In this document: positions 12,201 to 27,200 of the stretch, piece by piece
Layout of the letters: every line of letters begins with the position of its first letter
How positions within the stretch are numbered: position 1 is the stretch's first letter
Origin: Perna viridis
Taxonomy: Eukaryota
Reading direction: 5' to 3'
Length of the DNA: 64,000 nucleotides
NCBI GenBank assembly: GCA_037379345.1
Contig: CM074516.1
Location: 40,461,626-40,525,625 of the forward strand
Position numbers and translations under genes: made by a program
Notes under the pieces: generated by a model
What the model was told of the DNA's origin: nothing
Databases searched by the model: none
What the model saw: only the letters and a program-made list of their open reading frames with translations

Positions 12201-15200
12201 GAGGAATGTACTTTGAATATATTAGAAGGAAGACAACAGAGATAGCAGTGCCATCTAGAGACTTGTATGACGAGGATATCATTAACACCCTGTCCTTAGA
12301 CGATGATGATTTCACTTTCAATGAATGAAAACTGAACTAATGTAAAAATGGAGGGAAAAGAAGAAAATACTTAACCCGTAGATTCCTAATGGCACTCCAG
12401 GATATAAAAACCCTTCCACGAAAATAGTAAGAATGTGTTAATCAAAAGGGAAAAACTAAGGCAAAGCAGGTTCATCTTGCATAACATCTAAGCCAAATCT
12501 TCAGTGCTTTTATGAGAATTTTTCCTGAGTGGAAATGTAAGTGTTAAATTGAAATTGTAAATATTTATACTTTACCTAATAATTATTGTTATATACATTT
12601 GTTATTAATCATAATTAAAACATGTATTATATCTTTGGCAGTTTTTTTAAAGGGATGATACAGTACTGCATGGCAAAACCTATTAATTTTGTAGAAAATA
12701 AGATTATTATCCTCAGATATACAGTGCATTGGTTCTAATTGAGGAGATGTCTGTTTATACTGTAACACAAAATGGTGCTGACTTGTTGTATTACTGACAC
12801 ACAAATCACAACTAGAAAATTTAATCACAAAAATTAACACAATGTATATAACAATCACAAAACAAACAACAATTGTCTATGTATAGATTTAAGTTTATTT
12901 TGGGTCAACATAAAACAATGCCTTTGTTGTAAAAGGAGACAGAGTCAACAGTTTATTTCCTTCATCTACATGTGGAAAACATTATACAATTTATTATTAA
13001 TTGGATAATCTGAGTTTTACAATGATAACAATGACACCATTCAATAGAACTGATATGAAAAGATAGAACATCTCTATACAAAGAAAAGTATTTGTTTTGT
13101 TAATGATTGCTTTTTATCATGATCACAGACATTCTTTGTTGAATTAAAATACTAAAAAAAACAACCACAAAAATCCCTAAATACATATACCTGGGTATTA
13201 GTAAATTATAAACACAATAATGATCAGTAAAAGTTTAAGCTCTATACTGATGTAAAATATTCATATCATCTTCATAAGATAGCAGTAAAATTGAAATAAA
13301 ATATCTTTCTCTTAAATGTATTGGAACAACAATAAGTACAAAACATGTGATTCCCAAAAGCATTTTACATCTAAAACAATGTGATTTTAAATCTACTATT
13401 ACCTGCTGGGCAAGATGTCTGAGTCGCTCACACTCAACAGGTGTACTGTCTTTCCTCATAGCAACCTTGACCTGTCCAAGGTCACCATAAAAGTTATCGG
13501 AGTTAACACTGAAAAGTAACATCAACTGTTGAAGGAAATAGGTGGTGACATCTAGTGCCTTATCCATGGCAACAGCACTGATCTGCCACATCTCTTCTGT
13601 GAATGATTCTCCAGCACTCAGGAACACATGTCTGTAAAGAATTCATATACATCATTCAGAACAACAACAAAAGAATGAAACACTACCACTATAGAAGAGG
13701 GTCTGCATGAAGATTCATACATACTGTGAAAGTATATTTGTTCACGGGGTACCAATTATTGTAGTTTTCGTGAGTTTTGTAAACCACAAAATTTGGTTCC
13801 AAACAAAAAGCAAATTTATCATTCATTTTAAGATATAGACTTGTCTGTAAAACCTCGTAATTCAAGAATCTATAAATTGATAATTTTCCCCTTAACCATG
13901 AAGATTGGAACCCTTGAGTAAAATAACTTTCACAGTAAACCAATAAAACTGGACTAAGAAAGGGTAATAATTATAATAAAGTGTCTTGAGTGGTGGTTAT
14001 AGTCAAACATCTATTTCATGCTATTAGTTGACCAGATTAAGCTAAAAGAGAAGACATGTAATGATTCCAAACATTATCATACCTGATACAAGAACAACCA
14101 AGTCTTGAGATGACCTCTGTTGGCTGAGCTACACACTCTATCAGAATGTCTAACATCTGTTTTAACATGAACTCCCTCAGCCTTATGTTGGTATCATCTT
14201 TGTCTGGAAAAAGGCTTGTACTAGTCATTCAATGTACATATATATACATATGAATAAGATCTCTGTGATTGCATATTTTTACAAAGCACAACTTCACTTT
14301 CAAAGGAGATTAACAATGTTTCTGAAAAACTAATGGAACAGACTTCATAGGATGTTCTCTATACTGCCATATTTAAAGACTACATAAACTATGAGCGACT
14401 CACAAAAAAAAATAAAAAAAATAAAATAATAATAACACCTCCAACTTCAAACAAATTTTACTCATTTTACACCTTCAGTTAGATAATCACCTTGCAACAA
14501 CCTAACATTAATTATCTTCAATCATACATACAATACATATATATCATTCTCATAAACCATAAAATACAATGGTACAGAAACATTACATAATAATGAAAAG
14601 AACAAAAACAAACAAAAAACAAAAAATAAGACAAGACACACTCACACACACACATACACACTCCCAAATTACTTCACACACACACACCCATTCATACTCC
14701 AGGAAAACATTCACTTCTTAAGAAGGTTAAAAGGCAAGCCTAGAGAAAATCTGTTTTTGTGATGCATTTTATAAGTCTACAAGTTTTTCCAAGCTTATTC
14801 AATTTTTGTAACACATAATTTGTCAGTATTTTAAGACATTAGGTCATGTTGACAGGCTTTTATTATCTTTTTCAATTGAAAAAGGGGCAATCCATAATGA
14901 AATGAAATTTGTCTCCTATTTAAGAGTCATTTACCTCTTTTGATCGCGTTTCATAACCCTGTTTCAATTGGCAATGTGATTTGTGGTTCCAAAAGTGCAA
15001 AGAGTGAAAAAGTCCTGGTATTCAAGAACTGTTAAATAATTTTCAATTTGAATTCTGTTCTAAATAATCTATAATTAACCACTTTAGGGGAATTTCAGAT
15101 CATAGCATGCCACTCTTGAGTAAATTGGTCTTTCAATTTTATTTTTAATGCAACTATTAACCAATCAGTATTAATTACAAACAGCTTGGCATAACCATAT

Positions 15201-18200
15201 ATATGAGTAACAAGTATTGTCCAATATTTTCTTTACAAGTTTTAACCAAGAAAACTCATAATTGTTTTCCATATATAAATTAAATAAGACATTGTAGGAA
15301 ATATGCTCAAGTTTTTCTTCCTTTTCATTCAATAGATGTGCCCAAAGATATCGTTCTTACTTTGATATCAACATTCACTGGCATTATGCAAAGTTCACCA
15401 TATACATTGTATCCTCTACTTTGGAGTTGATGAATTATTCTGAGTAAGAGTTTGCAAAACCTTAGTTGAACCTTTTCTATGTATGATATTGATCTGCATA
15501 AAGTAAAATAATTTCAGCTCCAAATAGTAAAATAGGTCTAACCATTTTATTGAAAAGGTAGATTAGACACTCAAATGACAAATTATGCATACTTCTTTTT
15601 AGAACTTCATACATTGCTTTTCTGGCCTTTTCTTCCTACTTTTTAATAGCTTTATTGAAGTTTCCTGTCCTATTTAATAAAATTCCAAGGTAATTAAACT
15701 AATTTACAGTTTCCAAATCTGATCCATTTAAATAATACTTTAGATTTTGTCTCTGTCTACCATATGAGAAAATTATAATTTTTGTTTTTTTCAATATTTA
15801 TTTTGAGCCTGTAGTTTTCACAATATGTATTAAATGCTTTTAAAATTTCCTGCAAGCTTGTGGTGGACTCTGCCAGCATACATGAGAATGAAAAGTTAAA
15901 AAAGAAAAATATCTAGTGCTTCATTAAGACAATTTGAAATAGTATCTAGTCCCGATAAATTTGCATTTTTTCGGAAAGGTTTGCAATTTGTTGAGATAAA
16001 GTGCAAAAAGAAAAGGTGAGAGATTTTCATCTTGACTGACACACATTCGAAATAACCAGACTTGTCATTGTTATATACAATACAAGATTTTACATTTGTA
16101 TACATATTTAGAATAACATTATACATTTTACCATTTACATGGCCAAGTATTATCTTTTACCAAAGTACATCTCTCCATACTGTATCAAAAGCGTTTTCAA
16201 ATTCTATAAAGGCACAAAATAGTTTTTTACTTTTTGCTATAAGAATTTCAAAAAAGGATTTTACATTTGTATACATATTTAGAATAACATTATACATTTT
16301 ACCATTTACATGGCCAAGTATTATCTTTTACCAAAGTACATCTCTCCATACTGTATCAAAAGCGTTTTCAAATTCTATAAAGGCACAAAATAGTTTTTTA
16401 CTTTTTGCTATAAGAATTTCAAAAAAGGAAAAAAGTGTGAATAAACTGTCTGTAGTTGAATATGATTTCCTGAATCGCATTTGATTTCCATACAGAATAT
16501 TGTTTTTATTTGAGAAAGTGTATTGTCTATCCTTCAAAATTGCAGTGAAAAGCTTCCCAAGACAACTTAGAATTGTGATTGGTTTACAACTTTTTGGATT
16601 CAATGGATCCCCCTTGTTTTTGAAAATTGGCTATATGTTTCAGATTAGCCGAAGGTCAGGCATAATACCAGAGTCAACAAAAAGCTATATGTTTCAGATT
16701 AGCCGAAGGTCAGGCATAATACCAGAGTCAACAAAATCTACTTTTCTATACAAGACAAAACAAGACAAGTACTTTATCTAACCTCAGTCACATGCATGTA
16801 CAAGAGGACAACACACAAACATACAATTCATATATACAGATAAATAAGGTATCAAATATCCTAACTAATTTACTAAATAAGATAATCATTCCATTCTATA
16901 AAATTTCATCAAAATCCATTAAGCACTTTAGGATGTGTTGCACCTACAAGGTTTTAACATGTCAAACCCTTCAAGTTGGAATATCACCCTGTGTAGTCAT
17001 TGCATCTTAATTATCTTTCCTCATGGACATCCACATGACATGCAACCTTCCTATAAAATTTCATAAGAATGAATTGAAGGGTATAGGAGGAGTGGCTCAA
17101 TGATGTTTTTACTTAATGCTAAAAAACATTTAACTGATAGATGACAAACCTTTTGCATTCACTATAAAATCTACGACTAAATCTGCAGTCAGACCACAAC
17201 ACTGTTTAAAATTTGTAGAACCTGTATCCCAGTATCCTGTTCTCCTTGCTCCTGTTCTCAACCAAGACTGCAACATGGGTAACAGTAAATGGTTTACACA
17301 ATAGTAGGAAAAGAAAGGACCTGAAAAGAATCACCATAAAACTGCAACAGACATGTCCATCAGAAAGGTATTTTATGTTAGACTTGGATATCAGTTATCA
17401 AAAACATTCATGCAATGTATAGTAGTGCCTTCATGTCCTTAAAAAAAATTGACTGAATATTTCTTTGCCTTCGATGATTAAAATCACACTGACTGAATTG
17501 AGATATTTAATTTGCTTAAAGCTACTCATACCTGGGACATCATGAACTGCTTTGAGAAGATCAAACAACATGTCAAGAGTTTCAGGCTGGTAGTTCTTTG
17601 GGCAGCTGGCCACACATCCTGCCAAACCATCAATCATCAAAAACCATACATGTAATATACCAGACTCATTGTCCAAACCTTCTAAGGTACATAAATCAGT
17701 TGCCATAGTAACATTGGCAGGGAAATCAGAACACTGAATTTTCTGAACATTGGCTGGAATTGTGCTGACCTTCTGAATATTTGCTGGTACTTGGTTTTGG
17801 TCTTTATCTACCTTGTCAGCTTGTGAGGATTCAGAAGTCTGGTTGGCTGCTGGTTCAGGAGCAGCTTGACAGTTTTCGGCACACTCTTTATCTACTTCCT
17901 TTTTTGACTGAATTTTATCATTGTTTTCTGTTTGTAGACTAGTCTCTGATTGATTCTCTGAGGTCAAGGTTATCCCTGAATCAACTGAATCTAGACTAGT
18001 ACAATCCTTTTCATCCTCTTCCTGCAGTCTTTGAATATCTTTGTTGACAGAGGAGGTATTACCTTTAGTAGATAATTCCTGGAGATTGGAATCTTGGGTA
18101 AATTGAGATTTGAAATCCTCCATGTCATAATTTGGCAGCAAATCATCAACAATGTGATTTGAGGTATGAGAATTAATTCTAGAAAAAAACGACACAAAAA

Positions 18201-21200
18201 AAATATGAGCAACAACATATCATAAATGGCATTTAACTTGGAACCATCTGTTCCATAAAAGTTTTTTTACTCTTCAGGCTTTTTTTCTCAAATACACATA
18301 TTGTGGCAAATAAAATATTTCTACAGAAAATGTTAATTGAATCAGTATCAGTAGTTTGGTTCTTTCAAAACCCCAATAATAATCATATAAGAGATTGTAT
18401 AATGTCAACAAACAAACTGGAAGTGAAAAGTTTATCTAATCATCAAATTCATCTTTAAGTATTGAATTATAAATGATATTTTCTTCAAATCATGTTTAAA
18501 TGTATGACTTAATAACATGTTTCATACAAAGGTTGTACAATATTTCTTTCTTAAAAAACACAATTAGAGATTAAAAATGAAACAACTAAAATAAGTCATT
18601 TCGTATGTCCTGTGTTAATTTTATCAAATTCATGTAGCTACTGATATTTACACGATATTTTAGTGTGAATAAGTTTCTTTCATTCACATTTTTGGAAGAA
18701 ATACTGGATCAAGGTAAATAAATTGACCGATCAAGTGCAAAATATTGATCTTTTGTCAAACAAAGTTCTACTGCAATCTATTTCTTAAAAACTTTTTTTT
18801 GCATGTTTTGACCTTCAAAAGTGCACTGCATACAATACATAAATACATATTATAGACACGAAAATATAGTAGACATATAGAAACTGATAGTACCTATGAG
18901 CACCATTGAACACAGGACAGGCAGGCATCTTCCACATAGTCTGTAGAATACCATTACACTTCTTCAGATAACCCAGGGCAGGTATACACAGTGTCTCTCC
19001 CTGAGTTACCATGGTGAAATCACTACCAGAGTCACTGTCATCATCAGAATCATCCTCATAATCCCCTGTAATATACATGTAGTTGTATGCTTGAGAAGTC
19101 CTGAGATGTACAAATCACTCTCACCACACTTTATAGCGAGGGTAGCCAAGTAGATATATATTTGGGTGTTGTTACAGCATTTAAGAACCATTTGTGTATC
19201 TTAATTAAGCCCTTTTTATATACTTCATTGCAGTCATAAAAGTATGGCATCATTTCATCATCAGAAACATTTTAAGTTCCTCTATACAAGCTGACTCTAT
19301 GAAAGTACATGTACTACAATTTCCTATAGAGAGCCATGCACTTCTGTAAAAATGAGTTTCTAATTAAGAAATAATTCATGGAGACTCCATTTTATAATTG
19401 TCTTACCACAAGGTGCTGTTAAAATTTAGGTTTCTTGTTACTGATAACTAAAATTTGTATTGATCAGACAGATCTTACTTTCCAAATGTACAAGATAATT
19501 CTCACCCGGTCCCCTGACATATTTCAGAAGACATAGTATACAGTCCACAGTAGCATTGGCAAACACCAGTATATTGTCTGTATTTAGGAAGACCTCAAAC
19601 ACATCAAGTACAGCAGCCACATGGCGCTGTCTGATCTCATTAATCTCATCATCAGGGCTATGTTCTATCTTGACAGCCCTCAGAGCACCAAACAATGGTC
19701 TCCAACCAGACTTAAGGTCCGCTGTACAGGCTTCTACTAGTTCACATACAGAACACACAACCTTAAATAATAAATGCTAAGATTAACTGTTTTGTTCTTG
19801 AACTCAATAAATGTTTTATGTACAGTTTGTATTTAATGGTAATACATAAACCACAGCTACATGTACAAGAATCATAGAAAGTATTATACTGTCAGTAATT
19901 TTTTAAAATTAAGAATCTGTTCATTTTATTTACAATCATTACCAACATAATCCTGCACAAATTTCCTACAAAATGAAATATCTATCCCTACTTAAGTGGA
20001 CAGTAATAATCATGAAGTTAACATAAATTTCACAATCTATCCAGAAGGAAAACTATGAGGTTTCCCAACAGTAGTGTGTTAATTTAGAATTAATTATCTC
20101 AAAGCAAAACTGACCTGATCTTGAACATCCTGGTCGCACAGTTCTAAACACAGCATGTTCTCAAATGTTTTACAGAGAAACTCATTGATGTGGAAATGTT
20201 CTAATTCTTGATGATTACTGATCATACCCTGAACAAAGTCATGGACACATGTCACTGCCATTTTAGATACATTCCTCACTCTGTGTCCTGCAGCCTGAAA
20301 TTATTTTGGGAAATTAACATCTATTAAGTTAAAATTCATTATTCCACAAAATCATTGACTTAAACTATAGTTATCTACATTATTTTATATTTGTTTCCAG
20401 GTTACTTAGTGAATATTTATTTCATAATTTATCAAATTTGTATTTAAAAACAAAATCCTGTCATATTTCAAAGAAAATGACTCTTTATGGTTATTGATTA
20501 GTTTCTTTACTATGACATGATTACTGAAAAGCTAAAGTTTCTGACTATGCCAGATAAATGGGTCTTTTGTCTGTTTCATTGTATTTTTGTTTTTTAAAGT
20601 AAATCTTCTGATACTTAATTTGCTTGGCCTTTGTAGACATTCTTTTTTCCTAAATGGTTACTTAAGCTTTCTTTTATTGAGTCAAAATACAAACCTCAAC
20701 AAGAAAACCAGACACTACACTCCAGACCCTCATCAGATGTAGGAGTGGTCTGTTGCTATTGACAATTTTCATCAGTACTTCCTGTAACCTGTACAAGTGT
20801 AAAGCATTCTGGGGTAGCTGGGACTGCTCCATTGATTCTTCTTCCTCCAAATCATGTCTTAACATCTTCAGCAGCTGGTCTTGACTTGATTCACACAGTT
20901 TGTTCAGAAACTCCAGTAAAGCTAACATGTTTAACTTCTCTGCTGCTTCCTCAAATAGTCTATGGGAATAAAAAAATAATTTAAAGTCTTCTGCTCTCTT
21001 GACAAGATTACTAATGATCTCCCCTTATTTAAAGCTATGAATAAACCAAGAACACAAGGCTTGTATCCCATTTAGTGGTACAAACCAGCATTCAATAACT
21101 CTACTTCGTTTTGTCTGGTAAGTGGTCTGAGAAAAACCACTGGGTATGAACCAATGATGAAACACAAATCAGTGATTCAACTGGAAAAAACTGCATACTA

Positions 21201-24200
21201 GAAAGCACTCTAAATTTCAAAAGACAAATACATGTACAACAATTGCATCAAGTGTAAGTATTGCCTACACTTAAAACATTTAATATAAGTTTACCTGTCA
21301 ACTTGTTGTGATAATCCACATAGTGCCTGTGAAGCCTGAACAGCATTCAGTACACCTCCTCCTGTCAGGGACCTCTCCCATGCTGATTCTATCTTACTCT
21401 GATTTATCAAGTCAGGAATGTTTATCCTGGGAGCCACAGGTGTGGCAGCAGCTACTGGTATACCATACATATCATCCCTGAAACAGACATGCGTAAACAG
21501 TTGTGAACACACAATGACCCTGTCGACAAATGAAGAAGTCCATATTTTGCATCAGGAAATTCCAAAAGACATTCAGGCAGAAAAACAAAATAGGAGGTGC
21601 ACAATGGCATCATGTAATCAAGAATCTTTGAAAGTTTCATCAAATTCCTTTCAGTGGTTTCAGAGGTGTTGAGGATTAGAACAGGGGAAAGACGAATGGA
21701 CAAATAGGCACCGTTACCATGATATACCTCCCACTTTTCAAAAGTGGGGGGTATTATAACATTTCACTGTGATATTACTGTTTTATATTATACTGACATT
21801 AACACAATAAAAAAAGGTAATAGATGTACTTACTCATTGATAACATCCACTGTAGCTTGTTCATGTTGTAGTTTGGGTAGATTTGATTGGTTGTTTCCCT
21901 GACTAAAGTAGGTGTGTTCTAATTCTGATATAAATGCTGTACATCTGAAATTTTTGGAACAATTAACTATTTCAAGTGATATAACGAGTCATTTGCATTC
22001 TAAAAAAAAATAGTTCTAATATATTGTAACGAGAGAGCATGATTTGACTCCCAAAATTACACTCTGCCACCGAGGATCAAACCCTAGACCGCTCGGTGAC
22101 AAGCCAGCGACAAACCAATTAGGCTAAAGAATTAATCCTTTAGCCAAGTTAATTAACTAATTAATTAATTAATTATTTAAATCTCACTACCTACTACAAC
22201 TCAGGTAGGCCGTCCTGCCACATTTCCCCCACCTTAAGAGTCTCCGTACCATGCACTCTCCGTACCATGCACAACTCTAACACTAGCTCAATAGCTAACC
22301 AAACCCCATGGTTTTTTTACGTTGGGCGCCAAATGTAACGAGAGAGCATGATTTGACTCCCAAAATTATACTCTACCACCTAGGATCGAACCCTAGACCG
22401 CTTGGTGACAAGCCAGCAACAAACCAATTGGGCTAAAGAATTAATCCTTTAGCCCAGACAATTAACTGGCTATTTAAATCTCACTACCTACTACAATGCA
22501 GGTAGGCCGTCCTGCCACAATATATTTAAGGAACTAGAATAAGATAAAAATAGACTTCTATTGCCATACAATGTCATTGACCATAAGCTGAAAGAGTACA
22601 TTGTTTTTCCAATTACCTAAATAAATGTTTCCAACATTCTGCTGAGTGACTTCCCATCTCTAGACCTGTAGTCATCATTACATCCATACTGAGAACATGT
22701 GATGCATGTAATTTAACTGGTTTCTGTTTGGCACTGGATCCCTGTTTCCCTGGAAGTTTCCTCTCTAACATGGGACTTTTGGGTGTATGTAACATTACAC
22801 AAGAGGTAGTGGCTAGTTGCGAGAACACACTTCCACATCTCTGGGGCATACCTTTAAGATTAACAAGAAAGTGATGCTTGTTTTGCTATTACTTACCTGA
22901 TGTGCCTGGACAACAAGAAAATAGAGATTACATCCTGATTCTATTTCTAATTTTGTTTGAATTATGTAAACTAGTGAGAACATTAAAAAAATACTGTGAA
23001 AGCAATGAAGTTCAAACAAAAATTAAAGAACCTTAGTGAATGCACTCACATATCCCACATGTCCACATATTGGACACTCAAATAAAAAGTATTAGAAAAA
23101 AAGTAGTGTTTCAAAGGGCCTTAATTCATAGCCAATCTCAACGAAACATAAACTTCTTAAGTAATTCATCATGGTACATTGTAGAATCACATACCAAAAT
23201 CAGCTCAATATCTCAACATAACAATTTGGAAACTGTTATTCTAATGAAAATTGCTAAGTCCAAGGCCCGTAAAAATCAGTGAAGTGAAACAAAACGTAAA
23301 CTTGGTTCGCAAATCATCATGGTAGAATCACACACCAAAAAATCAGCTCAATATTCTGCAAGCGTTTAAAAAAAGTCCAGAAAATTAATGATGGACTGAC
23401 AGGTCAAAAACATTATTGCATGGTGTATAATTAAGCTTACTATTTCACATTTTTTAGGAAAACTTTGGGGCTCTGAAATAGGGCCATCTTATGTAAATCT
23501 CTAGATCCACCACTGCAAAATAGAAGTATTAACACCAGTATGAGCATGAACATCAAGAAAACAAAATTCGTTGTAATGAATCATGTATGTAAGTCTATAC
23601 ATGATAGTACTCTGTTTCACTTATGATAAGACATAAAGAAATACTTACCAAGAATACAGCAGAGTCTAGCAGCTTTCTGAAGCCCCTCCAGACTCATACA
23701 TATAGCTTCTCTGGCTCTGAAACTTTCCTCTTTGGCACCCTCTGTACCTAACATTAGAGCTATACTACTGGTAATTCCACAGGAATTCTTTCCATTTAGA
23801 AGTACAGATAATACATCTGATATACTATCCCAACAACGAGTCAAAATTCTCCTTGTAAACTTCTTTCCTGAAAAGAAGAATGTAGATTCAGTACAAAAGT
23901 ACAAAGTATCTATTTATGAATCATTTTTATTCTTATATGACCATAGTCAGAACCAACCTGAAAAAAAAATAAGATATATGATGAGCATGCTCACTTACCA
24001 AATGCTTCCTAATACATAGTGAAGATACTTATCCCCAGATTGTTCCAAATAAGAAGAGTTTTTCCAATCAACTACTGCTATGGAAGGGAAATAGTATATC
24101 GTATTTTCCGGACTGTAAATCGATACTTTTCTTTCAATGAAGTGTCAGCCTTGACTTAATCCATTTCGACTTATATAAGGATTTTTATGAATGTCCATCT

Positions 24201-27200
24201 ACATACACATTTCATTAGATTTGTTTATTTCATATTTGAAATTCGAAATTCTGGGTAAACAATCAACAAAAGCTGTAACTGAAACAGTCAAACAGTCGAT
24301 CAAATTCGAAGATCAGTGCCAGTATCATTTATCAACGAATACGACTAAAGCATAAAGAGAAAAAAATGTATTGTGCATTTATGGATTCTGAAAAAGCTTT
24401 CAATAAGGTACAGAAAGAAGGTCTATGGTATAAACTTCTTCTGTCTAATGTTAATGGTAAAATGTTAAATGTAATCAAGAACATGTATATATATAATCAG
24501 TTAAAGTGTTATCTAAATGGCTAATTGCAACCAAATTAAAGGTAACAATTTGTTTTTAATGTATTTCAAAATACCAGGTAATTGTTTATTAATGACTAAT
24601 CATAATTATAACCTATTCATCAAACTAATTTCCCACTAATTTCACACCTGGGTGCCCACGCTTGACACGTTTACAATTTCGTACACCTGATGCTCTAAGG
24701 CTTCAGAGCAATTGACACGCAATTCAATAAATAATAACTGAACTCACGGACAGAGTACACTTTAACAAAAATACAAATATTAATTTAATTCAGAAATACT
24801 ATACAAGGTAACATTGCTGGAATAATATACTGTGAAAAAAAAACCAAACAAACTGCTCAACTCAGGTCTCCACTTACACTTATGATATAAATGCATATGT
24901 CTGACCCTTGACTTATCTGGCAAATTTGACTTATCTATGCTTTTTTTGTCAATTTTGGTAAAAGTAGGCAATTCAACTCATACTCCACAACGACTAATAG
25001 TCGGGAAAATACAGTATTTATATCTTAAGGTCATAATAGAAAAATGGTCATAATTGAAGCTTTATTTCAAACATATGCTATTAATGTTCACAGACATTCA
25101 CACAGAAGCAATATACCCCTTACAATTTCATAGCATTGCATAAAAGAAATGAGACAAAAAGCTTAAATGTAAGATATATTGAAGACTATGTCACCTGTCT
25201 CTACATGTTCTATATTCTCTGATGATGGTTCTGATGTCATCTCATACTTCCGTATCACTGACAGGAACTGATCTCCTTTGTCATGGTGACCTAGTCCATC
25301 TATGTCTAAAAAAAGGGATTCACTATTAATGAATTGCCTTTACCATGATAGGTACTAGTTTTTCATCTAATGTCCACCACAGAAATAAGTTCATTAACAA
25401 CTGTGATCTATTTGAAAATTAACAGAAACATGGTTATCTAATATGTGTACCTTTGTGAATGGTCACATTTACCAAATAGTTATAAATTTGAGGTTGATAA
25501 CCCAGAACATAAAATCAAAGATTGAAATATATATACCTTAAAAACAAATCCTGTAAATCAAAGTCTAACTTTGGTTAACTTTATCAGTGAAGGTTCAAGC
25601 CAGTAGATTAGATATTTATGATTCAAATGAACCACAGATGCTTAAATTTTGATGGGTTAATGAAATCAATGTTCTATTGTTGAAACTTTAAACTAAAAAA
25701 CAAACTTTTATAAATAGAAGTTTAAAAACAACAATAAACATAACTGATGTAGCTTTAATAGAAATTTGTGTATACAAGTAGACAAGTTTATCAAAAATTC
25801 AAGTCACCTTTGATCATGGACAAGATAGGAGAATCAGGCTGTTTGAAACATCCACATGACTTCAAAAGGTCATGTGATATGGTCTGACTGTATACCTCAC
25901 TCAACCAGGCAGGAGAAACAAACAGCATCAAACCACAACCTAAGACTTCATCCAGAAAATCTTTCTGCAAACATATCAATATGACATTTAAGATAACAAT
26001 ATAAGGGTATCGTTGACAACATGTATAAAAAGAAACATCAGTGATCAAGTACCATTATTTTTTTTCTTGGTAAAACTTTGAAAAGCTGAGGAAAAAAATA
26101 AGTTTGACCATTCCTTTTCAATCTAAATTTTTATCATGTTTTTTTAATATCTGTGTATTAATTTCCCATCCATGGAATTAATAAAAAATCTTTCATTACC
26201 TCAGTTATACTTATTTGGTCTTTGCTTTCATTCTCATAAAATCCCTCTAGAGATAACTTGAGGTTAAGATGTAGAGTAGTCATGGTAACAACGTAAACAC
26301 TGTCAGCATTCAGTACTGTCATGTGACCCAGACCAACATTAGACTCTGTTTGATTCTTGGCTAAATCTGAAAAGAAGAGAGACATGGAAACAAAAATTCA
26401 CATGGACCATAAAACACTGAAATCTAAGAATATTCTCAAGTTACATGATTACATCATTTACATGTGTAATCTATTTCATTCAATTTGCTACACTGTGTAC
26501 ATAGATCGTCCCTTTTTCATGTGATAATGTTTAGGCCATGTTTTGGGATTTGTACATATTTGTAACGTCCCACTACTGATGCTTCAGTATGTTTTTTCCC
26601 AATATCAAACTTTCCAAACTCCTGATATCAATGTTTTTTACTTAAAATTCATTCAAAGATTGTTCCTGATGTGAGGAAAGTTTTAGTAAAACTGATTCAA
26701 GTAATCAAAATAAAATTCTACCAATTTCTAAAAATAAAATGAACTTTCATTACTCACATAAAATATATAATGGTAAATTAGTAAAAAGTTGCTATAAACA
26801 GTCTACATTAACATCACATGAGACAGGATACCTTTACAGAACCTGGAGCAGAATTTCAGTAACTCTTCATCAACATCAGCTACAGAATACATCTCAGTTA
26901 ATTGTGGTAAAACTTTACATAATGCTTCTACATACATCCTGGCACTTTGTCTTTCTGTATCCTCAAACTGACTCCCAAACTTCGTATATCTTCTCTCAAC
27001 TTCTTCCTGTAATAATAAACTAAAGATTAGCGTGAAAGAGTAATCAAGGGAACCAAGATTATAGTGGTAATCAAAAGAATGCAATCCAGGGGCAAAGACC
27101 AGAGATGGAAAACAGACACACACAACAAAGAACACAAAGCAACCAAAATCACACACACAAAGCAACAACAGCAAATGAGCAACTTGGACTCCACTAATGA

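Noticed and set aside
16062-16781. Plus-strand ORFs with repeated peptides
   Set aside because: Antisense to a decayed LINE; the repeats reflect the 171-bp and 54-bp DNA duplications.
22371-22440. Bona fide tRNA-Asp gene
   Set aside because: The acceptor and anticodon stems do not pair properly; the sequence is part of duplicated LTRs.
23999-24077. Extra ARFGEF3 exon with AG/GT boundaries
   Set aside because: It ends in phase 2 while the next exon needs phase 1; exon 25195-25305 joins 23649-23867 in frame without it.
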